NCBI GenBank assembly: GCA_963771395.1
Contig: CAVYTY010000029.1
Span: 13,206 to 77,205 of the forward strand
DNA from: an uncultured Acidobacteriota bacterium
Lineage (GTDB): Bacteria > Acidobacteriota > Vicinamibacteria > Vicinamibacterales > 2-12-FULL-66-21
Direction: 5' to 3'
Length of the DNA: 64,000 nucleotides
The position numbers were made by a program, and so were the translations under genes. Position 1 is the stretch's first letter; each line of letters starts with the position of its first letter. The notes beneath the pieces are model-generated. The model saw nothing but the letters and a program-made list of their open reading frames with translations. It was not told the DNA's origin and ran no database searches. This document shows positions 44,214 to 53,458 of the stretch, one piece after another.

Positions 44214-46939
44214 CTACCGGATCCGCTCCCGGACCCGGCCGACGGTCGTTTCTTTCTGTCCCGCGACCTCCACGGTGATCTTGTACTCGCCAGCCGGCAG
44301 CGTCGGTCCCACGGCGCCACCGCGCCCGCCGCGGCCGCCTGCGGGCGCCGGCCCGGCCCGCATGTTCCACTGGACGCGATTGAGCCCCGCCTCCGACGGC
44401 CCTTTGAGCTGAGCGATCTCGGTGCCCTTGATGTCAGCGACCGTCACCCCCGCCCCCGAATCATGCTTCGCGCGCAGGTAGTAGTTGATCACCAGCGCGT
44501 CGGGCTCGTTGGGCACCTCGACGTAGGCGTTGCCGAACAAACGGAAATTCCCCAGGGCACGGAAACCGTACGCGGTACGGGGCTCAACCGCGAACACGTG
44601 GAACGGCTTGGCGAGGACGTCCGTCGAGAGCTCCTGCAGGTGCGTGATGTCGCCGATGAAGATGCCGCGACCGTACGTGCCGAGCACCAGATCGTTCTCG
44701 CGGGGATGCACGGTCAGATCGTGCACGGGCACGGTCGGCAGGTTCGCCTTGAGCCGCGTCCAGGCGCCGCCCGCGTCGACCGACACCCACACCCCAAGAT
44801 CGTTCCCCACGATCAGGACGTTCGGGTTTTTGCGATCCTGCACGACGACGTTGATCGGTGAAGCCACCAGGTTCGACGAGATCGCCGTCCAGGTCTTGCC
44901 GAAGTCGTTCGTCCGATACAGATACGGCCGGAAGTCGTCGTTCCTGAAACCGTTCTTGGCGACAAACGCGGTGCCCGCGTCGTGCGGCGAGGCAAACACG
45001 CGGCTCACGTAGCGATCGACAGGACCGCCTGCGGCAGCGACTCCGGCCGTGACGTCGGTCCACGCCGCGCCGTGATCACGCGTCACATGAACCTTGCCGT
45101 CGTCGGTGCCGACCCAGATGAGGCCGGCGGTCAGCGTCGACTCCGAGATCGACGTCACCGTGCAATACGGCACGTAACCGGAGTTGAGCCCGCACTTCGT
45201 GGCATCGGCCGTTGTCAGATCCGGACTGATCTCCTGCCACGCGTCGCCGCGGTTGAGAGAGCGAAAGAGCGACTTGTGCGCCCGTGTAGACAATCTGCGG
45301 ATTGTGCGGCGACAGAACGAGCGGCGTGACCCAGTTGTAGCGCAGCGCCGGCGAACTCTGCGGCCGCTGCGGCTGAATATTCGTCGGCCTGTCCCGTCAA
45401 CTGATCGAACCGGCGCTGGCCGCCGGTCTGGAAGCTGTTGTAGACCCACCGGGAGTTGGTCGGGATCCACCTGGTTGTACATGCCGTCGCCGGTGCCCAC
45501 CGTCGTCCAGTCCTCGAGCGTGATCATGCCGCTTCTGGAATTGCTCGGACCCTTCCACGACTCGTGGTCCTGAAGGCCGCCGTAGACGTTGTACGGATCG
45601 TCCATGTCGACGCCCACGGCGTACACCTCTCCGAGCCGCTTGTTCAGGAAATAGTCGGCCGTGCGGCCGCCGTCGTACGACACGTTGACGCCGCCGTCGC
45701 TGCCGAGCATGATGCGCTGCGGGTCCTGTTCGTCCCACCAGATCGTCCGGAAGTCTCCGAACACGCTCCTGAAGAAGTCACAGTTCCACGTCTTGCCACC
45801 GTCGCGCGACTCGTACATCGTGTCGCTGGTGACGACGATCTGCATCGGATCGACAGGATTCGTCCTGATCTGATTGAACGAGTACGGGGCCTTCGATCCG
45901 GCGACGTCGATGTCGTCGCCGTGCAGCTTCCTCCACGCCCGGCCGCCATCCTCGCTTCGGTACACTTCGTTGCCCATCGGCCCACCGGCGCGTCCGGCGC
46001 GTCCTCCGCCTGCCGCACCGCCGCCCCGTGCGCCGCTCGCCTGGCACGCGTCAATTCGCGCGGGCATTCCCTCTCGCCGCGCGTTCAGGTTCTCGACAAT
46101 GAGCGTCAGGACGTTCGGGTTGCGCTGCTGGATGTCCAGACCGATACGCCCGACGTTACCGGCCGGAAGGCCCTCGAGCTTCCTCCACCTCGTGCCTCCG
46201 TCGTCTGTCCGATACACGCCGCTGCCGGGACCGCCGAGCACGAGCTGCCAGGGAGTGCGGTGCTTCTCGTACATCGCCGCATACAACGTGTCCGGCGACT
46301 TGCGATTGATCACGAGGTCGATTGCGCCGGTGCCGTCGTCTACATACAGCACCTTGTCCCAGGTCTTTCCCCCGTTCCGCGTCCGGAACACACCGCGTTC
46401 CTCGTTTCTCGAGAACAGATGGCCCATCGCCGCGACGTAGACGATCTCCGGATTGGTCGGGTGGACGACGATGCGGGCGATGTGATGCGTGTCGGTCAAC
46501 CCCATGGATTGCCAGCTCTTGCCGGCGTCGGTGGACTTGTAGACGCCCTTCCCCGAGTAGGACGAGCGCGCGTTCGCCTGATCGCCGGTGCCCATCCAGA
46601 CAACGGAGGGATTGGAGGGGGCGAGGGCAACGGCACCGACCGCGGCAATTTCAACGCTGTCGGAGATGGGGTCCCACGTGACGCCATTGTTCGACGTCTT
46701 CCAGAGCCCGCCCGTGCGCGTCGCGGCATAAATCGTGTAGAGGTGATCCGCGCCGGAGCCTCAGGCACGGCGATCTCGGTGACCCACGCGGACGTGCGAA
46801 ACGGACCGATGTTCCGGAAGCTCGTGGCGTTCAGCACATCCTCGAGCGAGGCTGCGTTCTGCAGGGCCGTGGCCGGCAGAATCCACACCGCGGCTGCAGC
46901 AAGCAGCACCAGCAGTCTTCCCGTCTCTCGTGTCGTCAC
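44214..46939 (-). CDS. BNR/sortilin-Vps10-like repeat glycoside-hydrolase-like protein, secreted; frame broken about four times
   Basis: GTG 46939 with signal MTTRETGRLLVLLAAAAVWILPA. Repeated S.D.G.tW motifs (STDAGKSW, TRNGGKTW, TDDGGTRW, SEDGGRAW, SRDGGKTW, NRGDAW, TRDHGAAW, TNDFGKTW, SVDAGGAW). The reading path uses ORFs 46496..46939 and 44214..46595 plus two other-frame stretches (NSRWVYNSFQTGGQRRFDQLTG; PTNIQPQRPQSSPALRYNWVTPLVLSPHNPQIVYTGA). Breaks at about 46748-46753, 45458-45464, 45385-45395 and 45277-45284. Confidence 0.8.
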
Positions 46940-46947
46940 GTAGCTTC

Positions 46948-46975
46948 CCTCCGCGGAACACGGTACCCGCGGAGG
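46948..46975 (-). promoter_or_regulatory. Shine-Dalgarno-sequestering hairpin in front of the BNR-repeat gene
   Basis: The mRNA sense reads CCTCCGCGG-GTACCGTGTT-CCGCGGAGG, then GAAGCTAC, then GTG (46939). The 9-bp GC stem pairs the GGAGG ribosome-binding site with CCTCC. Confidence 0.4.
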
Positions 46976-46999
46976 AGGCCATCGGCAAGTGAGCGACGG

Positions 47000-47428
47000 C
47001 TATGGTCCGGGGGCCTCACTTCGCTGCTTGAGACCGTTTGCCTCGAGCGTGACGTACCGTGCGATCAACCCGCGCGTCAGCCACGTCATGAGCGGCGCCA
47101 GCATGCCGCCGAACTGAATCGACAGCGTCACGCGGCTTCCGCTGTCGATCGCATCGATCCAGTGGCGCCCGATTGCGGTCAGGCCAAGGCTCCGCGTCGT
47201 CCAGTCGAAGCCACGCCCGGCTTCCAGTTTCGTCACCACCCAGTCAGCTGGAAGGAGCTTCGGTTGATGAACCCTGGCGCGGCTCCCGACCGCCAGCGGT
47301 CCGATGTCGAGCCGCTTGACGCTCTTCATGGACGGAGTCCAATCCGGCCAGCGTTCGATGTCGCTCACGAGCGCCCAGACACGTTCCGGTGAGGCCGCGA
47401 TTTCAATCGTGAGGCTGAAGTCTGTCAC
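47000..47428 (-). CDS. SRPBCC family protein (polyketide cyclase/dehydrase-like)
   Basis: Intact 142-aa ORF. IEIAASPERVWALVSDIERWPDWTPSMKSV is typical of the family. Confidence 0.8.
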   Translation of the reverse strand: MTDFSLTIEIAASPERVWALVSDIERWPDWTPSMKSVKRLDIGPLAVGSRARVHQPKLLPADWVVTKLEAGRGFDWTTRSLGLTAIGRHWIDAIDSGSRVTLSIQFGGMLAPLMTWLTRGLIARYVTLEANGLKQRSEAPGP

Positions 47429-47446
47429 GGGTCCGGACGACGGGCG

Positions 47447-47934
47447 CTACGCTCTCCGTAGAGTGCGGGACCTGATGGACGTGTCCCGGTCCCATCCCTC
47501 GTTCTGCAACGTCAGGGACTGGATCAGCGCGCACTCGGATCCCGCCTCGAGACCGTCGATCGCCACGTAATCCGACGGCCAGCACCGATGGACGTCGTAC
47601 GCCAGCGCCAACCGTCCGCGGGCGTCGTAGATCTCGACCCGGACCTCCTTGCGGAACGCCACCTGCTGCTCCGTCGAACCGGAGACGAGGCGTGCCCAGG
47701 CCTCGAAATCGGCGTCGTACAGATGCCCCGCTCGAGGGTGATGGGTTCGAACCCGGTGACGCCTGGCAGCTTACGTGTCGCGCCGGTGTTGCCGCCTTCC
47801 CGATACTCCACGACCTGGGTCGAGCGTTTGAGCGCGCTGACCTTGGTGATGCCCGCAACAATCCGACCATCCCACCTGACGCGGAACGTGTAACCGTGAT
47901 AGGGGTCGACGGGGCGACGAGACTTCTTCGGCAT
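47447..47934 (-). CDS. contractile-tail tube protein (phage T4 gp19-like / TIGR02241-type), orphan; frame broken once
   Basis: MPKKSRRPVDPYHGYTFRVRWDGRIVAGITKVSALKRSTQVVEYREGGNTGATRKLPGVTGFEPITLERGI (ORF 47524..48411) | YDADFEAWARLVSGSTEQQVAFRKEVRVEIYDARGRLALAYDVHRCWPSDYVAIDGLEAGSECALIQSLTLQNEGWDRD (ORF 47447..47662 and its upstream frame). Break next to GTAC at 47717-47722. Confidence 0.8.
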
Positions 47935-48004
47935 GAGACGCTTCACTCCTTGGACGTCGGTTGCGGGCCGGGCACGCGGTTGCGAAAGCGGGTGCGACGG
48001 CTGT

Positions 48005-48584
48005 CTATCGGCCGGCCTCTCCGTGCGGTTCCTCGATGCGCCCGGCCTCGAGGATGGTCGCGTAACAGAGCACATCGGCGGCGACACCCGGCGCAAGATT
48101 CGGGAACTCCGTATGACGGCGCAGAATCCCTTCGCGCTCGAATCCGCACTTCTCGAGCACGCGCTCCGACGCGCGATGCTCGACGTGGCAGAGCGCATAG
48201 AGCCGCTGGACCCCGACGCGCGCGGCGAGGTCGACCATCGCGCGGAGCGCTTCGGTCGCATAACCGCACCCCCACGCGTCACGCGCCAGGACATAGCCCG
48301 TCGCGGCCCGATAGGGCGTTTCGAACCCCAGCCCGCTGCTGCCGAGCAGCGTGCCGTCGGCCCGGGACAGCCCGAGATACGGTCCTGCGGGCCAGCGCTC
48401 CCATTCCGCATCGCTGAACGCGAGAAACCCGCGCGTGTCGGCGATCGTCTCGTGCGTCGGCCAGCTGACGAACCGCGTCACGTCAGGGTCGCTCGCATAA
48501 CGCGCGAACAATACGCTCCGCATCGCCGGCGCGAGGACGTCTCAGCAGCAATCGGGACGTCTCGAGTGTCTCAGGGCCCTTCAC
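48005..48584 (-). CDS. GNAT N-acetyltransferase (RimJ/RimL-like); frame broken once
   Basis: GTG 48584. VKGPETLETSRLLLRRPRAGDAE (ORF 48483..48677) | (V)LFARYASDPDVTRFVSWPTH...GCGYATEALRAMVDLAA...SERVLEKCGFEREG (ORF 48005..48523). Break at about 48518-48528. Confidence 0.75.
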
Positions 48585-48891
48585 GGTACAGCCGATCGCG
48601 CGACGACCGAATGGTGCGCGATACGCCCGCCGCATCGCCGTGTTTCGTGGCGCCGCCGGGCGCGATCCACGTGGCATACGCCGTTGTCCGCCATTTTCGT
48701 TGTCCGCGATCAGTGGATGAGTCGGAGTGTCGCACGCATCCCTTCGCGTGACACCCGACTGGGGCGACTGATTGGCGACTGATTATAGATGCGTGGAGAC
48801 GAAAAACGGCCGAGATTTGCGGCGGTCAGATGGCGATGCCGGCGCACACGATACGCACACGGAAACGTGCCCGTAGCGGCTGCTGGTCAAC

Positions 48892-49714
48892 TCAGCCACG
48901 GCGTGCCGGCGTGAAGCGCTCGTTGATCTCCGCAAAAGGAACGGCACGCGCGAGACCCTGAAACGTCCCCTGGTCCGCGATCTCCTTTGCGGCCTGCAGA
49001 AACCCGGCCCATGCGGCGCGAGAGACCGCTCCCGACGCTGACCCTCCGAACCCCGAGCCGGGCGAGATCGGTCACCGTCGTGAAGTCAGCGCCCACCAGC
49101 ACGTTCACCGGTTTCGGTGCGACGGCACCGACGATCGCGGCGATCTGACTCGCGGCGCGGATGCCGGGCGCATACAGACAATCAGCGCCCGCCTCCGCAT
49201 ACGCAATCAGTCGGCGGATGGTCTCTGCAAGATCCGGCCGCCCCACGATGAATCCCTCCGAGCGTGCCGTCAGGAGCACGCCGGTTCCGGTCCCGTCGAT
49301 AGCTCCGCGGGCGGCTCGAATGCGCTCCACCGCGAGGGAGTACAGGAGAGGACTCGCCGGGTCGCCGGTGGAGTCCTCGATGGAGAGTCCGGCCACCCCG
49401 GTGGCGGTCGCTGCGGTGACGTTCACGGCCACCGTGGCCGGCTCGATCGCAAACCCGCCTTCGAAGTCGGCGTTCACCGGCACGTCGACACCGTGCGCGA
49501 TCGAGCGGATGTGCGCAAGGCACTCGTCGAGCGTCACCGCGTTGTCCGGACGGCCCATCGACCACGCGAATCCCGAGCTGGTGGTGGCGAGCGCCTTGAA
49601 ACCGAGCTGGACGAGCGCACGGGCACTGCCAATGTCCCACGGATTCGGGATCACGAAGCAGCCCGACTCGTGGAGCTGACGAAACACCCGGCGGCGAGCG
49701 ATTGAGTCAACCAT
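48892..49714 (-). CDS. isocitrate lyase/PEP mutase superfamily enzyme (2-methylisocitrate lyase/oxaloacetate decarboxylase-like); frame broken once
   Basis: ATG 49714. FVIPNPWDIGSARA...GLSIEDS...ADCLYAPG. After ...VSVGSGLSR the C-terminus continues in another frame (AWAGFLQAAKEIADQGTFQGLARAVPFAEINERFTPARRG-stop 48894-48892). Break at about 49012-49020. Confidence 0.8.
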
Positions 49715-49798
49715 GAGACGAGGATACCTGATGCCTGGTGTCACTCGGTGATGCCGTAGCTCAGCGTTCTCGCCGTTGTCCGCAGGAAGCCGACGGGC

Positions 49799-50785
49799 TC
49801 ACACGCACAGCCAGTCGTCGTCTCGATCGTCCCGCGAGTGATCGGGTTCGGGGAGGGCTACCCCGGACACTCGAGGCTTCGGCTTGGGCCGGAGCGGCGC
49901 ACCAACCAGAGCATCGCGACGGTCATCATCATCGCCAGCCACGCGGCGAGGCTGATACCGATAGAAACGCGTCTTGAACGCGCCTCGGCCGAACGTCCGC
50001 GCCCTGAGGTCAGTCGCATAGCCGAAGAGCTCCGCCAGCGGCACGCGCGCGTGCAGCACGCAAGTCCCGTCGCATTCCTGGCGCGAGTCAATCAGCCCGC
50101 GACGGCCGATGATGTTCCCCATCATGTCCTCGACGTGTTCTTCGGGAACCGTCACCTCCAGCAGCATCACGGGTTCGAGCAGAACCGGCGCCGCTTTCTG
50201 TACGGCATCCCTGGCCGCGAGGAAGCCGGCGAGCTTGAAGGCCTCCTTCGTCGAGTCGACATCGTGATACGAGCCGTCATAGAGCTCCACCCTCACGCCG
50301 TCCATCGGATAGCCCGCGACAATGCCGCGCGCGAGCGCTTCCCTGATCCCTTCGTCTACGGATGCGATGAACTCCCGCGGAATCGCACCACCCGAGGTTG
50401 CGTTCTCAAAGACAAACGCCGTGCCTGGCTGGTCAGGAAAGAGACGAAGCTTCACATGCGCGTATTGGCCTCGACCACCAGTGTGCCTGAAATACTTCAT
50501 CTCGCCGTCGGCAGGCCGGGTCAGCGCCTCCCTGTAAGCGACCTGTGGGCGGCCCACACTTGCTTCGACTTTGAACTCGCGACTCAGGCGGTCGATGATG
50601 ATTTCGAGATGGAGCTCTCCCGTGCCCCCGAGGACAACCTCGCGGGACTGCCGATCGATCTGGACCCGGATGGTCGGGTCCTCGGCGGTCAGCTGCTCGA
50701 GCGCCTGAGCAAGCCTCTGGTCGTCGTCAGGCGTCTTTGGCTTGATTGAAATGCAGAGGAGACCTGTTCCGTAGCCTGCGCTCAT
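49799..50785 (-). CDS. EF-G homologue consisting of domains III, IV and V only (no GTPase domain, no domain II)
   Basis: Intact 328-aa ORF. ISIKPKTPDDDQRLAQALEQLTAEDPTIRVQIDRQSREVVLGGTGELHLEIIIDRLSREFKVEASVGRPQVAYRE is domain III. HTGGRGQYAHV and YDGSYHDVDS are the domain IV tip. LLEPVMLLEVTVPEEHVEDMMGNIIGRRG...ELFGYATDLRARTFGRG is domain V. An unrelated gene lies immediately upstream. No G1-G5 motifs occur anywhere in the window. Confidence 0.8.
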   Translation of the reverse strand: MSAGYGTGLLCISIKPKTPDDDQRLAQALEQLTAEDPTIRVQIDRQSREVVLGGTGELHLEIIIDRLSREFKVEASVGRPQVAYREALTRPADGEMKYFRHTGGRGQYAHVKLRLFPDQPGTAFVFENATSGGAIPREFIASVDEGIREALARGIVAGYPMDGVRVELYDGSYHDVDSTKEAFKLAGFLAARDAVQKAAPVLLEPVMLLEVTVPEEHVEDMMGNIIGRRGLIDSRQECDGTCVLHARVPLAELFGYATDLRARTFGRGAFKTRFYRYQPRRVAGDDDDRRDALVGAPLRPKPKPRVSGVALPEPDHSRDDRDDDWLCV

Positions 50786-50837
50786 CTCAGTCCCGTCGGT
50801 CTATGCCGATAGTTCAGCTCGTCCGGTCGAACACATG

Positions 50838-51182
50838 CTACACCCCCGTCGGAGAACCCGGTCGCGGGTTCACCACGTGAAGCGTGCGGTGGTCCCGCAG
50901 ATACAACGCCAGCAGGATCTCGACAGGAACCCAGGTCACCAGCACCTGGATCACGATGAAGAGGCCAGGGCTGGCAATCCCGACATCGACCGCCACCTCA
51001 TGAACGATGAGAGCTGCCAGGATTACGATCGCAAACGGCAAGGCGATGAGCGCGAACGTGCCGTCATAGCGAAGCAGCGTTCGGCAGCGGGGGCACCGGA
51101 TGCGGGTCGGCACCCCGGCCGCGACAATCGCCCACACGCCGATGTCCTTGCCGCAGGCTGGACACAGTTTGCCGTTCGCCAT
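50838..51182 (-). CDS. zinc-ribbon membrane protein, hypothetical
   Basis: ORF 50838..51203 trimmed to ATG 51182. MANGKLCPACGKD...RIRCPRCRT carries two CxxC pairs. Followed by two or three TM helices. Confidence 0.6.
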   Translation of the reverse strand: MANGKLCPACGKDIGVWAIVAAGVPTRIRCPRCRTLLRYDGTFALIALPFAIVILAALIVHEVAVDVGIASPGLFIVIQVLVTWVPVEILLALYLRDHRTLHVVNPRPGSPTGV

Positions 51183-51258
51183 TCCACGCTCTCCCCCGGC
51201 CACTCACGGTGCCCTCGACGAACGCGCCGTGGCGTCGGCGACGATCGACCGACGTGCC

Positions 51259-52137
51259 TCAGTAAAGAACCGACGGCAGGTACGCTCCGGCCGGTTCGTT
51301 GTAGAGCCCGCGCGTCATCAAGGTCATCACCTGCACGACCCTCAGACGGTGACCCAGACACCATTGGAGGACCTGGGCGTTCCGGAGCGGCACCAGCATG
51401 CCGGGACCAGCAAACGCCGTGGCCGACGCGATGAGCGCCATCAGATCACGGTTCGTCTCGGCCGCGGCGTGAGCGAAGAACGCCAGGTCCGTGGCATAGC
51501 CGGTGATGCGGCCGTCGTGCTCCACGACCTTCGCCGTCCCCTGCTTGACGGCATCGAGCACTTCGCCATGCCGGTCATGGCCGTGGACGAACCGACAGAC
51601 GAGGTCGCACGCCTCGAGATCCGCCTCCCCTGCTTGTCGCACGGCATGACCCGATATCGAGATCCCGATTGGCGGGCCCTGCAGGCACGCGATCGGTTCC
51701 CGCACCTGGAAGCCGAGCGTGGAATACAACGCCAGCGACCGTCCGTGATAGGCAGACTGGAGCAGCCGCACACCGGGATTGCCCGACTCGCGGACTCGTT
51801 CGAGCGCCGCCTCCATCAGGCGGCGGCCAATCTGACGATTCTGCACCGTCGGATGGACGCTGATCGGGCCAAGCCCGACGACGTCGGACCGCTCGTCCAG
51901 GAAATTGCTGCCGATGATGGTTCCGTCGACTTCTGCGACGACACTGAAGAAACGCGGATGCGACAGCAGCATCCGCATGAAGTCGATCCCGACCTCGGCC
52001 GACGGAATGTCAGCTGGGAAACTGTGCTGCGCCGCGATTGTGCTGAACGCATCGAAGAGAATCCTCCCGCATGCTTCAGCGTCTGTCGCTTGCCCCGGGC
52101 GCAGGTTGACGTGCGGCCCGGCCTGATCACGAGTCAT
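51259..52137 (-). CDS. GNAT family N-acetyltransferase with C-terminal extension
   Basis: The listed 525-aa ORF is trimmed to ATG 52137 (MTRDQAGPHVNLRPGQATDAEACGRILFDAF...). VHPTVQNRQIGRRLMEAAL is motif A. The upstream ORF part overlaps the DinB gene in another frame. Confidence 0.8.
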   Translation of the reverse strand: MTRDQAGPHVNLRPGQATDAEACGRILFDAFSTIAAQHSFPADIPSAEVGIDFMRMLLSHPRFFSVVAEVDGTIIGSNFLDERSDVVGLGPISVHPTVQNRQIGRRLMEAALERVRESGNPGVRLLQSAYHGRSLALYSTLGFQVREPIACLQGPPIGISISGHAVRQAGEADLEACDLVCRFVHGHDRHGEVLDAVKQGTAKVVEHDGRITGYATDLAFFAHAAAETNRDLMALIASATAFAGPGMLVPLRNAQVLQWCLGHRLRVVQVMTLMTRGLYNEPAGAYLPSVLY

Positions 52138-52250
52138 GGTTCCTCGGTCCTCTATCGGTGCCGGGCGCAGGCGGCACTCCGAAGACACCAGAGTCACCTG
52201 CGGCGGGCAGGTCCGGAATGGTACCACGCGTGCGGCGGGACGGCTGGCGC

Positions 52251-52769
52251 TCAGCCGCGCTTCACGGTCCAGATCCCGAGCTGCTGCCGAACGAGCACCA
52301 GCTGGCCGACGTGATACGCCGTGTGATCGGCCACCAGCACGAGCTCGCGCAGATAGGTCTGCCCAGAACCGTGGGGAATCGTGGCCGTCAGCGCGACCTT
52401 CGGGTCGGCGGCGAGCCTCTGCAGCGCACGCCGGTCGCGGAGGAACTGCGCAAGGCTCTTGTCCCAGGCCGCCAGTGAGGGGGGCGTCGCAGGAGGCCAG
52501 TAGTCGTCGGGCCACGTGCGCTCCTCGTAGTCGGGATTGACGCAGAAGTCCAGAATGTCGAACTGCGCGATCCGAAGATGCTCGACAATCTGCCAGGGCG
52601 AATGCGGGGCGCCCGGCGGCCGCGCACTTCGAAGCTTGGGCGGGATGCCGGCGACCGCCGTCTCGAACCCGACGTGGGCGCCCTCCCAGTCCAGCAATTG
52701 GCGCAACATTGCGCGCAACGTCTTCTCGTCGGTTGTCGTCGGCGCTTGGCGTCTCCTCGAACCTGTCAC
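52251..52769 (-). CDS. DinB family protein
   Basis: 172-aa ORF (GTG 52769; ATG 52709 is an alternative start). WQIVEHLRIAQ...LVADHTAYHVGQLV are His-rich DinB_2 motifs. Confidence 0.8.
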   Translation of the reverse strand: MTGSRRRQAPTTTDEKTLRAMLRQLLDWEGAHVGFETAVAGIPPKLRSARPPGAPHSPWQIVEHLRIAQFDILDFCVNPDYEERTWPDDYWPPATPPSLAAWDKSLAQFLRDRRALQRLAADPKVALTATIPHGSGQTYLRELVLVADHTAYHVGQLVLVRQQLGIWTVKRG

Positions 52770-52784
52770 ACTCGGGCCCCCCGT

Positions 52785-52896
52785 GTAATGCTGAATGCTG
52801 AGTGCTGAATGCTGAAGTGAATGGTGAAGTTGCCAACTTGAAACTCAGAGCCCTTCAGCATTCACTTCGCATTCAGCATTCAGCATTCAGAATTGA
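52785..52896. repeat. tandem-motif hairpin element (AATGCTG unit)
   Basis: GTAATGCTGAATGCTGAGTGCTGAATGCTGAAGTGAATGGTGAAG, a 22-nt loop, then CCTTCAGCATTCACTTCGCATTCAGCATTCAGCATTCAGAATTGA. The right arm contains the last codons and the stop (52889-52887) of the next gene. Confidence 0.85.
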
Positions 52897-53258
52897 TAGG
52901 GTCCATCCTCCAACCGGTAGAACACCTGTCGCCCCAGCGACCGCGCGACGCGCACCATCTCGTCGGCTCCGGTCGAGACGCCGCCGACACGAAGCACCGC
53001 GTCGCAGCGAGCCACCAGGCGCTCGGCGATGGGGTGAAAGATCTCGTCGAAGGCAGCGTCTCCAACGTCGCGCGAGCCGGCGAGCGCCACCAACGGCAGC
53101 GCCAGCCATTCGCCAACGATGGGGATGTGCCCCGCGCGAAAGAGCGGCAGCGCGTAGCGCTCCATCGCCCTCACGTTCGCCACCATCTTCACCGGATCAT
53201 CACCAGTGCCCGAACGGTACGGCCCGGCGATCAGAATCATCAACGATGGTACGGCCAT
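52887..53258 (-). CDS. hypothetical protein, paralogue of 11029..11415
   Basis: Intact 123-aa ORF. MAVPSLMILIAGPYRSGTGDDPV...GHIPIVGEWLALP...RCDAVLRVGGVSTGADEMV. Confidence 0.6.
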   Translation of the reverse strand: MAVPSLMILIAGPYRSGTGDDPVKMVANVRAMERYALPLFRAGHIPIVGEWLALPLVALAGSRDVGDAAFDEIFHPIAERLVARCDAVLRVGGVSTGADEMVRVARSLGRQVFYRLEDGPYQF

Positions 53259-53458
53259 TGGGCAGCTTCCTCCAGTGCCGCGATTGCCGCTCCCAGTCTC
53301 ATGGCCTGCCTGACCGCGCCAGGCACGCGAGCATGAACGCTACTCTACTCGTCCCGCGGCACGATCCCGAACCACGCCGGTACCGCAAGCATGCTCTGGC
53401 GTTCTTCACCGGCCGAGACAATCGCCCCTCGACCGTTACGTACTGCTACGCTTCAAGG

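Noticed and set aside
47743-47754. GGGTTCGAACCC, resembling a tRNA T-arm
   Set aside because: It lies inside the tail-tube coding sequence (…TGFEPI…) and has no acceptor, D or anticodon arms around it. No tRNA gene was found anywhere in the window.
51259-52836. 525-aa ORF suggesting a large protein upstream of the GNAT domain
   Set aside because: The N-terminal 233 codons overlap the DinB-family gene in another frame and translate to Arg/Ala/Pro-rich sequence. The GNAT homology starts at ATG 52137.
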